From Mobula hypostoma (lineage: Eukaryota), in assembly GCF_963921235.1 (NCBI RefSeq), contig NC_086108.1, forward strand, positions 58,096,001 through 58,160,000: a stretch of DNA of 64,000 bases, read 5' to 3'. Below the pieces are notes generated by a model. It did no database searches and was not told where the DNA came from. It saw only the letters and a program-made list of their open reading frames with translations. Both the position numbers and the translations under genes were made by a program. Below, piece after piece: positions 53,136 through 64,000 of the stretch (position 1 is its first letter; each line of letters opens with the position of its first letter).

Positions 53136-54914
53136 TGGATAAAAACCTGCTAGCCCCAGACAGGAAGCTTAAACTGGGAAGGAAGTTTATCTTTCAGCAA
53201 AACAATGACCCTAATGCAAGGGCAACCATGGAGTGGCTTCAAATGAAGAAAATTGATGTCCTTGAGTGGCCCAAGTCAGAGTCCTGACCTCAACCCGATT
53301 GAACATCTCTGGCAAGACCTCAAAATTGCTGTCTACCACTGCTCCTCTATTAACCTGGCACAGCTTGAGCAATTTTGCAAGAAAGAATGGACAAATCTTG
53401 ATCCATCACATTGTGAAAAGCTAATGAAGACTTATCCAAAAAGACTACTGGCTGTAATAGCTGCAAGAGGTGATCTAACTAAGCAGTGAGCAAATTGGGA
53501 TGAATACTTTTGAACTTCTGACATCTCAGCTTTTGAATTTTTAGTTTTTCATGCTTTACAATTTTCACTATTTTTGGGCTTTACTGTGGGGAAAAAACCA
53601 CATGTGGTTCACAAATAAAAATTCTCAGTTAAATTGATCAAAATCACTGGTTGTAATACTCATTCATGCGAACAAAGGGTTGGGGGCTGAATACTTCTAC
53701 AAGGCACAGTAAATCTCTTATGAAAGGTAATGCACCTTTAAATACAACCCATTTTAGTATTATTTCTTGTTACATATTAACATACTTTGTATTTAATCCT
53801 TTATGTTTTTATATGTGTAAGTATGCACATCTAAGCGCCTTCATGCTCATAACATGACTTTACACGGAGAAGCTACCCGTGAGCACATACTATTTAAAGG
53901 GATTCCAGCATCTTGCAGGATTGTTGAAAACTTTTGAAGGAGGATTGGCTGTGTACATGTATTGCAGATTTATTGCTGGTCAGTATTGGAGCCTCAGAGG
54001 TTATGAGAATGCTGTAGTTTAAGACAGCATTTGATAAGGAATACTATGGTAAAAGTGACAGCAGTGAGATTTTGAATGCTGTTCGCCTGTGGGAGGAATT
54101 GATTCATATTCCATTAACCATTACTGCTACCTTGGGAACTAAATCTCAGCAATCTTATTCCCCAATTAGAGAAAACAACGCCTTCAGAGTGCCTTAAAGT
54201 GACATGGTCTGACTCATGGGGAGAAAAAAAACAAACACAATATGTCAAGGAGTTCCTCAGCAGTTTGTGTTTTTGCGCTAGATTATAGTATCTGCATTCT
54301 CTTGTGTCTCTATTGTCTGACTCATGATGGCAACAGTCTGAATTTATTACACAGTATGCAGAGTTTACAAATGCAGGGACTTTCTTTGCAGTACTTAAAC
54401 ACTGGCTTCTGCTTATGTGTCCAGGAAAACTGAGAAAGTGCCCATCAGTGTGTAATACCAGTGGAAGCTTATCAACCTCACCAAGAAGGTCAGAGTCAGC
54501 AAGGCGCTGCAGCACATTTGTCTTCTGCAAGAGCTGAAGTGGATCTGCCCACTGTTTCCATTCTGGAAAGATTGAGCTCTAGATTCCTTCGGGAGGACAT
54601 GTCAAGTTTACGGGTGAACCACTCCAAGCTCCTTGATGTTTGGTATAATGTGCAGGACAACATGCCAATATGCTACACGTTACTGGCTGTAAATTGTGCA
54701 TGTCTGGGTGACATAATTTCCACCTCAGAGACTGAGGACTGACCTTTGAGTGTGCCTCCCCCAAACCAATGAATTTTATGTCACGATCTATTCGCTGAAT
54801 CTGACCATCATATTGTCAGTAATAATAATTTCAATTCTATTGATAGCCTGAACTGTACCACACCTGTATTCATATTCATGGGGTTTCATTCCTGGCACAA
54901 ATTTTAAGCTCACA

Positions 54915-55721
54915 GGTCAAAGTAAATTCATTATCAAAGTAAATATATGCCACCACATCCTACCATATACCCTGAGATTCACTTTCTTGCAGGCATTCAC
55001 AGTAGCACAAAGAAATACAGTAGAATTAATGAAAAACTACACACAACCACAGACTGATAATGTGCAAAAGAAGACAAACTGCAAATACAAAACAAATAAA
55101 CAAATAAGCAAGACTGAGAACATGACTTGTAGAGACTTTGAAAGTGAGTCCATAGGTTGTGTTCAGTGATCAGTTCAATGCTGAAATAAGTGAAATTAAG
55201 TGTTCAAAGTACATTTACTATCAATGTATACAGTACACAACCTTGAGATTTGTCTTCTTGCACACAGTCACAAAACAAAGAAACATCACATAACCCATTT
55301 AAAGAAAAACCCCACACAGGACCATCAGACGTTTGATAAAAAAAAGAACAAATCACTCTAGCAGCAAAATGCGAACAAATAACACACAAAACATTAAACG
55401 TCAAACCGTACAGCCCCCAAAGTAAGTCCTCATCTACGAGGCCTCAGAGGCAGGTAAAGCCCATCCAGGAGCTGATGGGCATGGCCACAGCCACTGTCAG
55501 TTCAGGGCTATGACAATGACTTCAGACCACAGTCACAGACCCAGTTCCATGCTGAAGACCACGATCAAATCGGGCAAAAAGTAAAGCGTGTTCAGCACTG
55601 AGGACATTAAACATCAAACCACAACCAAAAGTGAGTCGACAGCCATGAGCCACAAGCTGCCGAGGTGAATGAACCTTGAAGCATAGGACCCAAGACTCCA
55701 GCACCTTCTGCTGGTAGCAGT

Positions 55722-55752
<31 letters not shown>

Positions 55753-56130
55753 CTCAAACACAGGCAGATATCACTGAACACTCGTTCATTTTCCACTCTC
55801 ATCCTCATCGATTTTAATTTTTCTCGAAGCTTTAATCGGTGTAGAATAATGGAGCCAACCATGGGTTCATAGTCCCCCATTAGGAGACAACATAGCATAC
55901 ACCCCCAGCGATGACCATAGCTACACTCCACGCTGAATCCCTCAAGAGATCGCAAAAGCTGCTAAAAATATATTCAGTGAGCCCAAAAATACATTCTTAA
56001 CAGGGAAATTACAGGCTGCAACTGATCATAGTTCAGAAGAAGTGTATTTAGAAGAAGAAGTGTATCCAGATGGTTTGTAAGCTGTCTGCAAGATGTCGCT
56101 GTTGAACAGTAGCACGGTCTTGCTGGAACT
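54915..56130 (-). mobile_element. Two stacked SINE-like/LINE 3' UTR repeats, including (GA)n at 55722-55747
   Basis: Related ends tcaaagtaaattcattatcaaagta (54918) and ttcaaagtacatttactatcaatg (55203). The second is the reverse complement type of 4300-4840. Confidence 0.55.
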
Positions 56131-57840
56131 TTACCCACGCTAGTTCAGGAGCCTGACAGTTGAAGGGTAGTAACTATTCCTGAGTCTCATGGTGTGGGAC
56201 CTAAGGCTCCTGTGCCTCCTTCCGAATAGCAGCAGTGAAAAGAGAGCAAGGCTCAGATGGTGGGGGTCCTTGATGTTGGATGCTGCTTTCTTGTGGTAGA
56301 GGTCTTTGTAGATGTGCTCGAAGATGGGCAAGTTTTTTCTTGTGGTGGACTGGAGTATATCCATCACTTTTTGTGGGCTTTCCATTCTTGGACGTTGTTT
56401 TTTCCATACCATGCCATGAAGCAACTCTCTGCTGTGTATTGTCATGTACCCCGTGACGGGAATAAAGAACCAGCAGAGATGGAAAACACTTTGGATTCCA
56501 GTATTAGCTATAAACTAATAATATTTATTAATAACTACGCAATACAGTAATCTAAGTGAAGATAAATTAAACAGGTTAGCAATGAGCAGATAAAAGTAAG
56601 TATATCAGTCAGTGTGGAAATATATATGGATGAAAAACCAAGCTTCTTTAAGTCTAGGGGTAAAAAGATACAGTCTTACGATGTTGAGTAAAGTTCAGTT
56701 CAGTTCGTGATATTTAGTTGAGTAGCGATGGAGAGAGAGAGAGAGTGATTTGAGTCTTCAGGTAAGCTGTTGCCATCAATCTTCTCGTCGTCCTCCGAAA
56801 TCCTTCACCAGTCACCAACTGTGACTTTAACAAGGGGGACCGGTTTTCTGTGGTGGAGCTATCACCCCGGCAAGGGTGGACACATAGACAGCTCCCCCAC
56901 CAGTCAACTCCTTCTCCTTCACTGGAAGAGCAATTGGATCGATCCACCTGATTGATCCTCCAAAACCCACTTCCTCTGCGGGCACAACAATGCTCATTCA
57001 GTGTCCAGATCATGTGCCTGAGGTCTGTATCATCTGACCTCCTATTTACCTCACCGTGCTGAGCATCACCTGTCATTCAAAGAGTCCCTCCTTCCTTTGT
57101 CTGTAAAGAAATTCAAGCAAGCAGATCTGTCCTTGAAAGTAACATCAATAATGTGCCGTCGGTCACCATAGCAACCTTCGAGCTGCTCGGTGTTATCTCC
57201 AAAGTAGAAATCCAAAGTTACCTCCCGTGCCCTAACGGGACAGTCCAACCATCAATCTTCGTCTCTCTGTCTCTTTTCAAAACAAACCATCGGTGATAAA
57301 TAACTCTCTCTCTCTCTCTCTCTCTCTTCAAACAGTTAATAGGGGCACTCCAGGATCCCCTCACAGTATGTATAAAAGTTTGTCAAAGTTTTAGATGACA
57401 TGCTGAATCTACACAAACCTCTAAGGAAGTAGAGGAGCTGCCATGTCTTCTTTGTAATGGCACTCATGTGCTGATTCCAAGACAGATCCTCTGAAATGGT
57501 AAATCCAAGGAATTTAAAGTTGCTGACCCTCTCCAACTCTGATTCCCTAATGAGAATTGGCTAATGGATCTCCAGTTTCTTCCTCCTGTAGTCAATAATC
57601 AGCTCTTTGGTTTTGCTGATATTGAGTAAGAGATTGTTGTTGTGGCTCCATTCAACCAGATTTTCAATCTCGCTCCCATATGCCAATTCATCATCACCTT
57701 TGATTCAGCCAAAAACAGTGGTGTCATCAGCAAACTTAAGTATAGTTTTGGAGCTCTTCTTAGCATCACAGTTAATAAGTGTACAGCAAGTGGAGTAGGG
57801 GTCTGAGCATACAGCCTTGTGGAGCACTTGGGCAATGGTG
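56130..57840 (-). mobile_element. Rex1/Babar-like LINE split by a solo LTR
   Basis: ERVSNFKFLGFTISEDLSW..TKK..LYFLRGL; APQGCML; IKDPHH..FSLL..GRRHRS..RLRNSYYP.TVRLLN. Confidence 0.82.
56440..57365 (-). mobile_element. Solo LTR (926 bp)
   Basis: TGTCA...TCACA termini; 4-bp TSD GTAT at 56436-56439 and 57366-57369; minus-strand AATAAA at about 56525; host LINE resumes on both sides. Strand inferred. Confidence 0.85.
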
Positions 57841-58127
57841 ATTAATTACAGCTCCCTCCCTTTGTCTCCCCGTGGATAGTATCTCATAACCTTTTCTTTT
57901 CACATCCTCAGCAAGGTGGTCTGTAGAAAGGTGTTTGTCCTGATAATCTTTTGCCATTGATATTAAGTGGATGAAGAGCAGAGGCCTGAATATTGGAATC
58001 TACCTATTTCAGGCCTCCAAACTTATAAGCAAGTCAAAAGGTTTTCTCAAATTGTATGGGCTCCCATTTATTGGTACACCTGTATGAACCTTTTTTGTAT
58101 GCAAATTGCTGAATTCCTTACAGAAGT

Positions 58128-60650
58128 CAGAATCAGATTCAGGTTTAATGTCACTGGCATATGTTGTGAATTTTGTTGCTATGCAGCAGCAGTACATCAC
58201 AATACATAATAAAAACTGAATTACAGTAAGAAGTAAATACATATTTTAAAAAGTTAAATTAAGTTAGTAGTGCAAAAAGAGAAAAACAAAGTAGTGAGGT
58301 AGTGTTCATGGGTTCAATGTCCATTCAGAAATCAGATGGCAGAGGGGAAGAAGCTGTTCCAGAATCACTGAGTGTGTGCCTTCAGGCTCGTACACCTCCT
58401 TCCCAATGGTAGCAGTGAGAAGAAGGCATAGAAACATAGAAAACCCACAGCACAATACAGGCCCTTCAGCCCACTAAGTTGTGCCAAACACGTCCCTACC
58501 TTAGAAATTACTAGGCTTACCTATAGCCCTCTATTTTTCTAAACTCCACGTACCTATCCAAAAGTCTCTTAAAAGACCCTATCGTATCCACCTCTACCAC
58601 TGTTGTCGGCAGCCCATTCCACGCACTCACCACTCTCTGCATAAAAAACTTACCCCTGACATCTCCTCTGTACCTACTCCCAAGCACCTTAAACCTGTGT
58701 CCTCTTGTGGCAGCCATTTCAGCCCTGAAAAAAGCCTCTGACTATCCACACGATCAATGACTCTCATCATCTTATACACCTCTATCGGGTCACCTCTCAT
58801 CCTCCGTCACTCCAAGGAGAAAAGGCCAACTTCACTCAACCTATTCTCATAAGGCACGCTCCCCAATCCAGGCAACATTCTTGTAAATCTCCTCTGCACC
58901 CTTTCTATGGTTTCCACATCCTTCCTGTAGTGAGAGGACCAGCATGTCCTGGGCGATGTGGGTCCATAATGATGGTTGCTGCCTTTTTGAGGTATTGCTC
59001 CTTGGAGATGTCCTAGTTGCTTAGAAGGCTAGTGCCAATGATGAGTTGACTCAGTTCACAATTTTCTGCAGCTCATTTCGATCCTGTGCTCCCCCATATC
59101 AGACGGTGATGCAGTCAGTTAGAATGCTGCCAATGGTACACCTGTAGGAATTTGCAAGTCTTTGGAGACATAACAAATCTCCTTAAACTCCTAATGAAGT
59201 ATAGTTACTGCCATGCCTTTTCTATAGCTACATCGATATGCTGGGCCCAGGATAGATCCTCAGAGATGTTGACACACAGGAACTTGAAATTGATCAGCAT
59301 TTCCACTTCTGATCCCTTGATGAGGACTGGTGTGTGCTTTCTTGACTTATCCTTTTTGAAGTCCACAATCAATTTTTTGTTCTTATTGATAATGAGTGCA
59401 ACCTCACTCAATCAGCTGATCTATCTCGCTCCTGTACGCCTTCTCGTCAACGAAAAACTTCTGCCAGCAATAGTTCTGTTGTCAGTAAATTTATAGATGG
59501 CATTTGATTTGTGCCTAGCCACACAGTTATGGGTATAGAGAGAGTAGAGCAGTGGGCTAAGCACAGATCCTTGAGGTGTGCCAGTGTTAATTAAAAGTGA
59601 GGTGGAGATGTTGTTTCTGATCCGCACAGACTACAATCTTCTGGTAATGACATTGAAGACCCAGTTGCAGAGGGAGGTACAGAAGCCCAGGTTTTGGAAC
59701 ATTTTTATCAGAACTATAGTAATGATTGTATTAAACGCTGAGCTATAGTCAATAAACAGCAGTCTGGCATAAGTATAATTGTTGTCCAGGTGATCTAAGG
59801 CTGCATGAAGAGCCAATGAGATTGTACCCGCTGTAAACCTATTATGGTAAAAGTCAAATTGAAGTGAGTCCAAGTCCTTACTTAGGCAGAAGTTGCCTCT
59901 AGCCATAACCAGCCTCTCAAAGCACTTCATCACCGTAGATGTGAGTGCTACTGGATGATAGTCGTGAAGGCAGCCCACCCTGAATTTTTTGGGCACTGAT
60001 ATGATTGTTCCCCTTTTGAAGCAGGTGGGAACTTCTGACTGTACCAATGAGAGATTGAAAATGTCTTTGAACACACCTGCCAACTGGTTGGCGTAGGATT
60101 TTAGAGACCTACCAAGTACACCAATGAGGCCTGTTGCCTTGCAAGAGTTCACCCACTTGAAAGACATTCTGACATTGCCATCTGAGACAGAGGTCACTGG
60201 ATGCTGCACGTATCCACATAGCAGTGGTTTATTTTCCCTTTCAAAGCAAGCATAAAAAAAGGCACTGAGCTCGTCTGGGAGTGAAGCATTGTTGTCATTC
60301 ATGATGTTAGGTTTTGCTTTGCAGGAAGTAATGGCTTGCAAATCCTGCCAGAGTTGACGAGCATCCAATTCCACCACTGACCTCAATCAGAATTGTTCTT
60401 TTGTTCTTGAGATAGCCCTCTGTAAGTCGTACCTGGCCTTCTTGTATTGTCCTGCATCACCTACCTTGAATGCTACAGATCTAGCCCTCAGTAGACTATG
60501 AATCACCTAGTTCATCCACGGCTTTTGATTCGGGTATATACAGTATGTTCTCGGAGGCACACACTCATACACTTCAATGAAGTCAGTGACGACTGTAGTA
60601 TATTCATTCGGACTTGAAGATGAGCCCCTGAATACTGTCCAGTCCTCCCT
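58128..60650 (-). mobile_element. Rex1/Babar-like LINE, 5'-truncated
   Basis: (AATCAG)n-type tail at about 58128. [62 protein letters not shown]. Confidence 0.88.
58430..58941 (-). mobile_element. CR1 3' fragment inserted in Rex1-like LINE
   Basis: (CATAGAAA)n tail; TRGHRFKV..FFMQRVVSAWNGLP; GCAT on both sides (58426-58429 and 58942-58945). Confidence 0.85.
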
Positions 60651-61944
60651 ATCTTTCTTCTGACTAATCTAAGCACCAAGAGTTTGAAATCCATAGCACT
60701 TCTATACTTGTGGTCTTCCGTGGCTTACATCAGCCTTTAAAGCATAGAAAATTATTTCTGGCCTGCTTCTTAGCAAGGAGTACTTCTCAATAAAGAGATG
60801 TAGGCAAGGTTTAAGGTTAAGCCAGCCAGCATCCTGGTGCTATTTCATCTGACTAGGCACCATGAGTGTACACTAAGATGGGATTCTGTTTGTTGGACAT
60901 TGAAGTTGTAATAATGAGTTTGGCACAAGAATTTTTGTGTTGCCTGCACTGGCTTACCACACATTGTAATCCGCATATTCTCACTGCAGTGAAGTTCTTG
61001 CCTTTTTCATTGTAAGAATTGCTCTTAAAGGGCAAGATGTTCAAGGGCAGATGTTAGTTTTCTCTTCTGCTGCATTGTTGCATGTGTAACAATCATAGCA
61101 AAAATAAAGGCGTGATTAGGGAAAATGAACAAAAAAGGATAAATTATCAGAGGCAGAGGGTCTGAGCTTTGAACAAATAATAAGGTGATCAGTAAAAGCC
61201 AATTGAATTTGCAATAGGTACATTATTCCTTACTTTCCCTGCTGAGACTTTTGAATTAACTATTGGTCATCCCCAGGTTAGAACAGGTGCTCCATTCCTC
61301 AACAGTCTTTGTAACCCAATCAATTCACAAGTCAGACCTGCAGCTGCCCTGCAGTATATTTATATAAAACATAGACCAACCAAAAGCAATATATAGTTAA
61401 AGCTCGGGTGCTTAACTCAACCATTCGTATTGGCCTGCAAGGTGAAATGATGTTGCCACAAACTGAGTAACCCTGCAATAGCCAGTAAATCCATCCCACT
61501 GGTCTCCTGAATGCCTGTTCATATTGTACAGGCTGAAATAAGTCCAGTGTTTATAACCATTGAAGGACCTCTATTAGACATACAGACTTCTAGAAAACAT
61601 TCAACAATATCCATAGAAAATGCCAAACAAAAATGAAAGCCTAGACATTTTGAGGAAGCTTGTTGACTTGGAAGGGTATGATGCATTCTGGGTATTATAG
61701 GTATAATGGAGGACTTGTTTGTCAGCTGATAGTTAGGTCCACATGGGAGAAGACTTTCTTACTAAGAATTTCAAAACCCAATTTATTATGAAAAAAGGGA
61801 TAGATATCCATAGTGTTAAGATTACTTCTCTTTCCTTATCTTCCCATGATAATAATATGTCTATTTCAGGGATAACAAGAACATATTGAAGCTTGGGGGT
61901 ATTGTTTCCAGAAATCATTACAATGAGTCAGAACACCAGGGCAT

Positions 61945-64000
61945 GTCAGATGCAGAATCAGACTCAGCTTTAATATCTCTGGCATATGGTGTGAAGTTTG
62001 TTGTTTTTTGGCAGCAGAACATTGCAATACATAATAATAAAAACTATAAATTACGATTAAAAAGAATTTAAATGGGTCGTGAATAAGGGAAGAAAAAGTA
62101 GCAAGGTAATGCTTATGGATTCATTCTCCATTCAGAAATATGATGGTGGAGAGAAAGAAGCTCTTCCTCAAGCATTGAGTGTGAGCCTTCTCCTCCTGCT
62201 CGATGGTAGCAATGAGAAGAGGACATGTTCAGGGTGATGGGGTCCTTAATGATAGATGCTGCCTATTTGTTTAGGCATCACTTTTTGAACATGTTCTTGG
62301 TGCTGGAGAGGCTAGTGCCCATCATGGAGCTGGCTGAGTTTACAACCTTCTGCAGCTATTTCCGATCCTGTGCAGTGGTCCCTCCATACCAGACAATGAT
62401 ACAACCAGTTACAATGCTCTCCATGGTACTTCTGTAGAAATTTGCAAGTGTCTTTGGTGACATACAAGGTGTCTTCAACCTCCCAATGAAATATAGCTGC
62501 TGTTGTGACCTCTTTGTAATTGCATCAATATGTTGGGCCCAGGATAGATCTACAGAGATGTTGACACCAAGGAACTTGAAGCTACTCACCTTACCACTAC
62601 TGATCCCTTGATGAAGACTGGTCTGTGTTCCTTCAACTACCCCTTCCTGAAGTCCACAATCAATTCCTTGGGCTTACTGACAATAGGGTTGCCAACTTTC
62701 TCACTCCCAAATAAGGGACAAAAGTAGCAGTCAAATACGGGACACTTGTGTTTACCCCGAGAAAGGCTACCATGACCATGAAGCCTTGCGCGGGCACCTG
62801 TGTGCGCATATGTGCGTGTGCATGTGTATACGTGCCGATTTTTCTCTACAAATCGGTTTTAGCTTAATCTTCCCAAATCTGTTAAGTGAAACTACACTGT
62901 ACATACATTATTTCTACTTTATATAGGCTGTGTATTTATCATATCGTTCTTGCTTTTACTATATGTTAGTGTTATTTTAGGTTTTATGTGTTATTTGGTA
63001 TGAATTGGTAGGTTATTTTCTGGGTCTGGGAATGCTCAAAAATTTTTCCCATATAAATCAATGGTAATTGCTTCTTCGCTTTACGCCATTTCTGCTTACG
63101 AATCGTTTCATAGGAGTGCTCTACCTTAGCGGGGGAAATACGGGGACAAGGGCGGTCCTGTATGGGACAAAGCAATTTAGCCCAATATACGAGATGTCCT
63201 GGCTAATACGGGACAGTTGGCAGCCCTAGCTGACAATGAGTGCAAGGTGGTTGTGACACCACTCAACCAGCTGATCTATCTCACTCCTGTACACCTCCTC
63301 ATCACCATCTAAAACTCTGCCAACATGGCAAATTTATAGATGGCATTTGAACCACATAGTCTTGGGTGTAGAGAGAGTAGAGCAGTCAGCTAAGCCCGCA
63401 TCCTTGAGATGCACCATTGCTGATTATCAGCAAGGAGGAGAACAATCTGCACTGACTTTGCAGAGGAAGGTCCAGAGACCCTGGTTTTTAAGTTTGTTGA
63501 ATGGAACAGAGGGTATGATGGTGTTGAACGCTGAGCTGTAATCAATAAACAGCAGCCTGACGTAGGCCAAGTGGAGACACAGTGAGATTGCATCCACTGT
63601 AGACCTATTGAGGTGACAGGCAAATTGCAGCTGGTCCAGGTCCTTCCTTAGGCAGAAGATGATTCTAGTCATAACCAACCTCCCAAAGCACTTCATCACA
63701 GTAGATAAGAGTGGCAAGGGGTGATGGTCATTCAGGCAACTCACCTTGCCCTTCTTGTCACTGGTATGATTGTCAGCCTTTTGAAGTGGTTAGGAACTTT
63801 CAATTGCATCAGTGAAAGATTGAAGATGTCCTTTAACAAACCCACCAGTTGGTTGCCACAGATTTTCAAAGCCCTACCAGATGCACCATCTGGGCCTAAC
63901 ACTTTGCAGGGGTTTACCTCGTTGAAAGATGCGACAGAGATCACAGGGTTACCAGATGCTGCAGGGATTTGCACGGGTGTAGTTTTATTTATGTGATCAT
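61945..64000 (-). mobile_element. Rex1/Babar-like LINE
   Basis: FKFLGVNISVDLSWAQH; LLFIDYSSAFNTI; GPDGASGRALKICGNQL. Runs to about the window end. Confidence 0.85.
62684..63228. mobile_element. Non-autonomous hAT element (545 bp)
   Basis: TIRs TAGGGTTGCCAACT and AGTTGGCAGCCCTA; 8-bp TSD ACTGACAA/GCTGACAA; subterminal AATACGGGAC-like repeats. Confidence 0.9.

Larger units (their letters stand above)
48571..53709. mobile_element. Tc1-like (IR/DR type) element with palindromic structure, interrupted by CR1
   Basis: About 220-bp inverted repeats (CAGTGGCTTGTAAAAATATTCAGCCCCC and GGGGGCTGAATACTTCTACAAGGCACAG), each flanked by TA. Transposase motifs [33 protein letters not shown]. Confidence 0.9.

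Overview
Vertebrate genomic DNA, most likely from a cartilaginous fish such as a ray (inferred from the CR1/Rex1/Penelope/Tc1 repeat mix). No prokaryotic-type system is present. The + strand carries six consecutive internal coding exons of LRRC7 (densin-180): 3476-3575, 24060-24184, 25062-25262, 25672-25783, 32217-32388 and a 1693-nt exon at 41069-42761. All have GT-AG boundaries and matching phases. The gene starts and ends outside the window. Introns are dominated by nested transposons: many CR1 LINEs, a full-length decayed L1 with a 16-bp TSD inside a CR1, Rex1/Babar-like LINEs, Penelope elements, a tRNA-SINE, pogo/Tigger, Tc1 and hAT DNA elements, a solo LTR, and a 25-bp minisatellite. Best leads: a palindromic Tc1 built from two transposase 3' halves, a candidate 6-nt microexon and two NAGNAG acceptors in LRRC7, a chimeric CR1, and ribozyme-like relics in retroelement ends. 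All family and orthology calls are from motif recognition by eye; no database search was run.
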